Assembly: GCA_963643345.1 (NCBI GenBank)
Contig: CAVIJK010000001.1
Span: forward strand, 14,390 to 78,389
Direction: 5' to 3'
Origin: a bacterium
Lineage (GTDB): Bacteria; Bacillota_I; Bacilli_A; RFN20; CAG-826
Length of the DNA: 64,000 nt
Of this stretch, positions 1 to 8,100 are shown one piece after another. The first letter of the stretch is position 1. Every line of letters starts with the position of its first letter. Made by a program: the position numbers and the translations under genes. A model generated the notes under the pieces. It did not search any database and had not been told where the DNA came from. It was given only the letters and a program-made list of their open reading frames with translations.

Positions 1-23
1 AAAGAAACAAAAAATGTTTTGGC

Positions 24-329
24 TTACAAGCCAAGCCAGCGCTGGAGCATTGCCTCAGGCATGTAACCCGCTCTCTGTTCAATCATCTTACCGTCTTGAA
101 ACTTTATGAGCGTTGGAACCGCGCTAACTCTGAATTCAGCAGAAAGAAGTGGTGCCTCCTCGGCGTCTACTTTGATAACTGTTAACTGCGGGAATTGGTT
201 TGCTAACCCCTCAACAATTGGAGAGAGCATTTTGCATGGCCCGCACCATGTTGTGAAGAAATCAACGAGGACTAATCCCTCTTTAATCGAATCATGGAAT
301 TCGTCGTAATCTGAAATGTGCTTAATCAT
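24..329 (-). CDS. trxA: thioredoxin. The ORF is open back to 425; the start is taken at the MIKHIS Met, immediately downstream of the stop of the upstream gene
   Basis: Canonical WCGPCK active-site motif and thioredoxin-fold C-terminal pattern (VAKVDVDE-like 'VIKVDAEE', 'VPTLIKF'). Confidence 0.85.
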   Translation of the reverse strand: MIKHISDYDEFHDSIKEGLVLVDFFTTWCGPCKMLSPIVEGLANQFPQLTVIKVDAEEAPLLSAEFRVSAVPTLIKFQDGKMIEQRAGYMPEAMLQRWLGL

Positions 330-340
330 ATTCTTTCCCC

Positions 341-1228
341 TTACGTCCAAAACAATATCATGAAAATCCCATAAATAATAATGATATGCACCGGATAGTA
401 TAAGTAATTCGCTATTCTGAACCATTTAGAATCGTATCCACGCTTCCCATTGTAGAGGAGAATGAACAACCCACTGATAACGGAATACGTTTGAGAATGA
501 TATTGATATAAATAGGTGTCGGTTGTTTGGCCAAAGAAATAAGCTAGGGCCCAGAAAAAGACATTTACCAAAAGCAACATGATAAATGCCGTATAATTCG
601 AAAGTTTTCTATAATCATCAGATTGTCTAAAGACCTTTAAATCAAAATTGGTTGACTGAGAGAATTTCCTGGAAATGACATCGGCAAGGGGATACGAAAA
701 ATAGAAGGCAACGAATAGGGCAAAACCAAATAAATCATAATCCGCCCATAGAGCAGGAACGAACCAATTCAAAGCTCCTACTCCGTGATATAAGAATACG
801 TCCGCTAAAAAACTTAAGAGGATATAAGCAATCGGCAAGGAAGAAAGCAATTTCTGCCACCATTTTCCGGACCACAAAGTTGCAATAAGCGCGAATAGTA
901 AAAGCTCGGTAAAAGCGTGAGGGGGCATAATTGTCATATCCTTCATAATTGCCCCGATCACCAATTCAATTATTGTCATCGGTAGGCATATCATCCCGAT
1001 TCTACCGCAGTATTTCCATTTATTTGATGTATGCCTTAATCCTTCCACGAGCATGAAAATAAATAATGGCAACGACAATCTTCCGATGATTCTCAATATA
1101 TAACCGACTAGATAACCAACAGATGTCGTATCGACATAAACCATCCAAAGGCACGCACCAATGTGGTCGCATGTCATTGACAGGATTCCAATTATTTTTA
1201 GTACATTCTCATTCAGTATTCTTTTCAT
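341..1228 (-). CDS. TraX-family polytopic membrane protein
   Basis: N-terminus 'LKIIGILSMTCDHIG' resembles the conserved TraX-family opening ('LK.iA...M..DHiG'). The protein is multi-TM and hydrophobic throughout. Confidence 0.5.
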   Translation of the reverse strand: MKRILNENVLKIIGILSMTCDHIGACLWMVYVDTTSVGYLVGYILRIIGRLSLPLFIFMLVEGLRHTSNKWKYCGRIGMICLPMTIIELVIGAIMKDMTIMPPHAFTELLLFALIATLWSGKWWQKLLSSLPIAYILLSFLADVFLYHGVGALNWFVPALWADYDLFGFALFVAFYFSYPLADVISRKFSQSTNFDLKVFRQSDDYRKLSNYTAFIMLLLVNVFFWALAYFFGQTTDTYLYQYHSQTYSVISGLFILLYNGKRGYDSKWFRIANYLYYPVHIIIIYGIFMILFWT

Positions 1229-1233
1229 AATTT

Positions 1234-2112
1234 CTAAGCTTGCGATTGTAAAAATAAACTATATATGGTCATCCCAACCGAAATGGCGTTGTTCGTTATG
1301 TGAGCGGTGACCGAGCCCGCAAAACCCAGCCAATCATATATTGCCGAAAGAGCTATGCCTCCGAAAGCATATCCCGGGAAATAAAGCCACTCAACCGGGT
1401 CATTAAAACTTTGCATATGGATCAAACCGAACACCAAGCCAACCCCTATGTATGCGACAACCGGGTGGATTCTCTTCAATAGTGTAAACAACCCGACTCG
1501 ATACATTATTTCCTCAACTATCGGCGCTAACAATGCTGCGAACACAAAATATCCAAATGGAGAATATTCGAGAATGGATATCAATCCTGTTGAATTGCCG
1601 TTCATCTCCCCAGGCATTATTTGACTCGCGAGAGAACTCCATAGCGAGGTTATGATAAGCATCGCTATTCCTAAAGGAATTCCTAATAGAAATTTCGTGT
1701 TTTTAAAGGTTTTCCAGATATCGATGAAGTCTCGCCTCATTATTCCGATGATAATGAATAAGGCGGTCATATCGCCCCCGAAACTCAACCAGAAGTTCAA
1801 AGCGCCATAATTGTTTTGCTCCCACGTTGCCACGGATTCCTTATCGCCAAGTTTGGAATAGAGCACGGCGAGTAGGACGTTTTCAGCGATGTAAATCAGG
1901 ATTTTGATGAAAACAAATTGAGTAATCGCTAGAAAAAATTCTCTTATATGTCCGATTGGGGTAATTCTATCGAACGAGATTGCACGTTTGTCTCTGTTGT
2001 CGTTTTTCCCGCCGCAGTGCGGACAGGATTCTTTGACCGGGTCGAACTTTTTCCCGCATTGATCACATATCTTAGATTTGAAAAAATTTGCCATAGCTGT
2101 TTTGTATAACAA
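1234..2112 (-). CDS. CPBP-family (CAAX/Abi) intramembrane glutamic endopeptidase with N-terminal zinc-ribbon
   Basis: Motif 1 'EEIMYR' (EExxxR), 'FGLIH' (FxxxH) and 'HITNN' (HxxxN) match the PF02517 signatures. The N-terminus carries C-x2-C...C-x2-C (CDQCG...CPHCGG). Confidence 0.7.
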   Translation of the reverse strand: MLYKTAMANFFKSKICDQCGKKFDPVKESCPHCGGKNDNRDKRAISFDRITPIGHIREFFLAITQFVFIKILIYIAENVLLAVLYSKLGDKESVATWEQNNYGALNFWLSFGGDMTALFIIIGIMRRDFIDIWKTFKNTKFLLGIPLGIAMLIITSLWSSLASQIMPGEMNGNSTGLISILEYSPFGYFVFAALLAPIVEEIMYRVGLFTLLKRIHPVVAYIGVGLVFGLIHMQSFNDPVEWLYFPGYAFGGIALSAIYDWLGFAGSVTAHITNNAISVGMTIYSLFLQSQA

Positions 2113-2157
2113 ACATTCTAATTGATTTTCTAAATAAATCTACCTCATAATTTAATT

Positions 2158-5100
2158 ATGCTTGCGGATATTGTAACCATAGTAAATTACGGATTGATTG
2201 GCGTTGTGGTCTTCATTGCCGTTGCGCTCCTGTATTTCTTCTTCCGAGGCTTGTCTAGAGGCTGGAGATATGGAACATACCGCATTGTCATGTTTGCTAT
2301 CTTTTTTGTCGCTTGTTTTGTATCTTTGAAAAGTTTAGCGAATGTTTTGGGAAACCTTAATTTAAGCAGCTTTGCGATCCCCGATTTCAATATCAGCATT
2401 CCGAACGGCGATGAGACCATAGTTCTTTCTGCTCATGTCACAACTGCGTACCAGACTGGTTCCAGTTTAATTGAGCAGCTTCTGAAGGCGTATAATGTCA
2501 ACGTCGACCCGGAACGTTTATCTCAATATTCTATGGCCCTCACTCAATCGCTTTTAGCGATGGTCCTGATGATGGTTGAATCTCTTGTTATTGTGACACT
2601 GGGAAACCTTTTGGTTATGGTCATATGGCATTTGATTGTCAAAAGATTCATTAGCAAAGACAAACGCAAACAAAAATTGAAAAAAGGCAAATTGATCAGT
2701 GGATTCGAAGAACTCCTCATTGGCACGGTTTGCTTGTGCATGTTAATCGCTCCGCTATCGGCAATGGTTAATTCTACTAGTGCATCTTGGAAGTCGGCGA
2801 GCAAAGAAGATGCTAAAACCCAAAAACGTGTCGAGGCCGACAATTCCACTTACCAACTAGTCAATGATGTTTTGAATACTTATGATAAATCCGTATTTTC
2901 ACAACTGTTTTTCAGCTGGGCTAAAAATGAAAATGGCCAAACGCTTGACGTTTCGCTAATGGAATATTTAACAACCGTAAATCTTGGTACATCATCGGTT
3001 AATTTCTTAAATGAATTATCAGCTTTGACAAAAAGTGCCTCATATGCGGTACAAGGCGGAATTCTTAGCGAGCAAGGATTCCAGAAGCAGAATGTCGGCG
3101 CCTTTATTTCCTCTGAATTTGCGCCGGAATTGGTAAGATCTCTCGGCGCTAGTTCTTTGGTCACAACCATTTTTCCATATGCCGTTGCGGTTGCTTCCAA
3201 CATGGATTCAATTGCAAAGTACGTTAAAACCGATGCCGGATTGGATATTGATTACACATATGACTATGCAAAAACTTTTGACGATCTTGCAAATTTGTAT
3301 GAGGCGGTTGTAGATTCCGGAGTCATCAACGAAATTCTTAATGAAGATTTGTCGCTTAAAGACCCGGATGAATATCTGACGCAAGATTTTATCGAAGAGA
3401 ACAGGGGCATTTTGGAAACGGTCCTATCGTCTTTAGATGATGATTCGATGCACCTTTTTGATTCCATTGTCGAGTCCGCTCTATTTGTCAGATGTGCAGA
3501 AGAAGCCGAAAAAGAAGCGGCCGATCCAGAGGCATATAAAACCAAATTGATGATCAAAGACTTCTTGCCAGACTTTGAAAATGCAGATGAAGACGGCAAT
3601 GGCATACCCGATAGAGTGCCAGCCTCATATCGAGCGATTAAGTGGGGTGATGAATTGGCGAATGTCGTTGACCCTGTTTTGGATTTGATGTGCATAGATC
3701 CAGACGTGATCTCCGTTGTATTGAACACAATTGACGGCGGAGATTTGGAATACTCCGATTTAATAAAAATTACGGTTGATAACTATGATGCCGTCCTTAG
3801 CGTAGTTTGCGGTGCCGAATCATCGAGCGACACAAATGTAAAGGAGGCGCGTAAGTCTAATAAAGGTCTTCTTCAATCCTCATTTGTTGAAAGAGCTATG
3901 AACAAATTGCTCGCAATCTTATCAGACCAGTTGAATTCCATGCTAAAACTTGACGGGGAATTTGCAATTGATTTGAGCGATGTTATGGAACAACTTTCTG
4001 ATGAGGATATGGACGTTCAAATATCCAATGTCACAAACGAGGTTAGACGTATGTTTGGCGTCGTTACCGAATTTATCAACACTGAAGCCGGGTCTGAGTT
4101 TTTGAAGAATCTAGACACAATGCCAGGCGTTTATTTTGACAAAGACGGCAAGTTCTTGGGAGTCGATGACAATTTGCTTTCTTCCCTTTCCTCGGCATTG
4201 GTTAAACTTGACGATTCTTTAATTATTCAAGAGGTCATGCCGAAAGCCTTAGGCGGATTCTTATCAGGCAACGATTCGCCGTTAAAGTCCATGAATCTTG
4301 GCGACATCCATTTGGATTTCAGCGTTGACAATATTGGCGAAGAGCTCTCCGAATTAATCGTTCAATTTTCTAAATGTCAGGAACTGGTTTCCTACATCAT
4401 GTCTATAGGTACGATTTCAACAGATGACGTCGCCTCTGCTTCAAGCGCCTTATCCGGTCTTGCAAAATATAGCGATCAGCTGCTTGATTTTCTTTTGTTC
4501 GTCGCCGATAGCAAAATTATCAACCCCGCAGTCGATGGCAAACAAAACTATAATATTGCAGAAATTCTTAAAACTCTCCTGAACTCGGTATTTAAGGATC
4601 CGACAAGCACAATTGAGAGTGTTGTCTTTTCTTCCGATTTTGACATCGATAGTGAATTAGAATCTGTTGTTAATCTTTTGGTGGACTTTGATAAATACAA
4701 TGTAGTGGAACTCGCCCTGGGCGTAGATAGCAACACTCTGGACTTATCGATTTTCTCGTCGATTGATTTCGTTGATTTGTTCTCGAATATTGATGGCTCT
4801 AAACTTATGAGCTCGTTGGTTGGCGATTATTTAGATGAACTTTTATTTAACGAAGGCGGCGCAATGCATGTGGATGGCGCTGACGTCTCGTTTAAGAATG
4901 TCGTTTCTTGGTCCTATGAAGGCAAGACGATAAACACTTTAGTCAAAGCCGCGACGGAAATTGGTGATTTGAAGAACATCGATTTCTTCAATTCCGATCC
5001 ATATGCCGTTGAATCAATCATCCTGGCTTTATCTCAATCTTCGTTGTTTGTTTCTGATGATGGGTATCAATTTTCCAATTACATTGCCGGATTGCTTGTC

Positions 5101-8100
5101 TCGAATATCGAAAAGGCCGGTTCGGATGTTGCCAAGATTTTCGCCGATAACGACGGCGTTAGCTATTCTAATCTAGAGTATTCAATCAAATCCGTCAGCA
5201 AGGAGGAGTGGGAGGATGAAGCGCATTCGCTATCCCAAATTCTCAGATATCTTTCCCCTTGCAAAAATGTCATTTCTGATAGCAACATCAACCTAAAAGA
5301 AATCAATTTGAATGCAGTTGAAAATCTGCTTGAATGCGTGACGGATTCCAAAGCGTTTGGCATGGTCGTGGTCCCAAATTTCTATAATACGATCATTGAC
5401 GCATTAACCAGCAAAGGGATGGATGCGTTCAATAACGCAAACACCGACTTCATTTATACTGCCAATTTTGATGATATTCATTATGAAAATCGCCAGCTCA
5501 TAAAGATTCTTGAAGCCGCGATGGACCCTGTTTACGGCGTTGTTGCAGATGATGGTTCCGTTAAGAAAACCGATGTCAACAGTGTAGATTCTTATTATTT
5601 GGCGAATCCGTTGTTAAAGGCATTGGCGGATTCCCACGTTTTCAATTCGCTCTCCGACAAACAGATTTCTGATGGCGTTACGATGACGGCATTGGAAAAA
5701 GAGTTCTCAACGCTACTTGGCTCTTCATCCCTCTTTGAAAGCCAAGATAAGGTGGATAAAGCCATACTCAGTGTCACAAAAGGAGTTACGAACTTTGCTA
5801 AACGCGTTGATTTGTGGAACGAGGAAATAGATCATTTCACAGACGTCTTAACATCAATGCAAGAATTGGAGATCGATCTAAACGATTTCTCGTTTGATGA
5901 TTTCTTCCCAAACGGAAAGGATGAGACGAAGAGGCAACAGCTCGAAAACGTTTTAAACGATATCAACGAATCGCAGATACTCCACTCCGTATTGCCATAC
6001 CAAATTGACAAATCCGTTGATTTGCTTTCTGAAAAACTCGGATCGTACAGTATAGAAAACATTAACGCATACTACACGGGTTTAGATGAAGATGGTCTTG
6101 CAAATAGATACGATGAAATCGAAATCGAAAATCTTTCTTATATCATCCAAGATGGTTTGACAATAGGCGAACTTGATGTAACTTCTCTTCACGGAGAGAA
6201 GGTCGACAATCTTATGGATTTGATGAAGAGATTGTCCTCAAGCAATGTCTTTAACACAATCCGCGATTCTATTAGCGAGTATGAAATGACCGCTTTTGAA
6301 AGCGTTTATTATCAAGCGCTGAATAAAGCTGGAGTTTATAAGGATTCAAATCAGCTTAAAGCGTCTGTATATCAGGTCACCGATGGAATGAGGTCTGATT
6401 TATCTAAACTCGGCAGTCGCGGTGATATGTGGGAGGAGGAAATTGATTTACTCCATCAGACATTCATAGATTTGGATGAGATTGGGTTCGATTTGAATAA
6501 TTTTGATTACGATGCGTTGGATGAATCGCAAGAAGGACAGCTTGCCGATATTCTTAACGATGTTGATAAGACAACAACCCTACACGCGATACTTCCGTTA
6601 GAGATAGAAGAGGCGGTTAAAAAGGTTGACGACGCTTTGGGCGAAGGTGTTTCGATTGGAACTGTCAACTCGAGGTACAACGGGACATCTATTTTATATT
6701 ATGGCGATGGTTTGAGCGTCTCCGTTCCAAATAGATATAACAACGAAACTGAGTGCGAGCATATAGCAAGAATTGCCGTAAAAGGAATCCATATGGGCTC
6801 TGTTGACCTTAGCAAGGGCAACACCGATACCAAGTTCGTTAGCTTGCTCACCGATATGGGCTACTCAAATGTTTTCAATACGCTTCCTGAAGGAAACTAC
6901 GGAGAAGAGCTCACGTCGCTAGAAACGGTCTACTCCACTTCCCTTAAGAAATCGGATATCTATGATACCAATGTTTCCCAAGCCGTCTCGCTTATGGTCA
7001 CGGAAGGCGAATCAGACTTATTCAAGAGAGGCGAAGCATGGGAAGAAGAACTTGTTCATGTTAAAGACATTGTCGATGCATTAGGGAACATTGATATCGA
7101 TATCAACGATTTTAATCTTAACGATTTGTTTGATGGCGGATCTAGAGATGAAACGAACAGGCAATTGTTCTTGAACCTCCTTAATAGGCTTAGCGATTCT
7201 TCGACGTTGCATTCTGTTGTACCACTAAAAATGAGATCAAGCATGAATTCCTATAGGGATTCGTTAAATTCTGATTTAGTCTCATTTGAGAATGCCAACT
7301 ATGACTATATGGGCAAAACAGTCTACAACTTCCTTGATGCCGACAAGGGGTCTGTTTCCCTGCCTAACGCTTACGAATACGATGAGAATGAAACGCTTTC
7401 ATATATCATCATGGAAGCCTCAACTCTTCCTGATGAAGATATAAGCGATTTAACCGCAATTGACACCGCTCCGTACACTTCGTTAATGAAGAAACTTTCT
7501 TCGAGCCACGTTTTCAACACTCTTGAAGAAGGGGTTACCCATTCGATAGATGCTTTAACGTCGTTTGAAAATACATATGTCTCCATTTTAGATGAAGGTG
7601 ATGCCTATAAAGATTATGGGTCTAACGAACTCGTCGTTTGCAGGACAGTGACAATTGAAGCTACGAGTGGGATTACAGATTTCGAAAGCGTCAAATCAAC
7701 TTGGGATGATGAAATAGATATGCTTGACCAGATTTTTGCGGATTATAAGAAGTGTGGCTTTACAATGCAATCTATCAATCTTACCAACCTCTTCCCAACG
7801 AGCGCTTCGGAAGATGAGGCCGAAGCCAATAGGCTTGACTTCAAGGAGTTGTTGGATGATTTGAATTCGTCCTTAACCATGCATTCGACAATCCATAATA
7901 CCGTTGATGAAGCGATCGCAAAAGTTTCAAAGCGTTTTGGCGTGGAATCGATGGATAATGCAAACATTTTCTACACAGGTTATTCCGATAAAACATATAA
8001 ACTCGGAAATAAATACACCGATGATGAAATCGAAATGCTTTCACTCATTGTCAAAGATGCGATGAGGATGCCATCAATCGACAAGAGCGATTTATCAACG

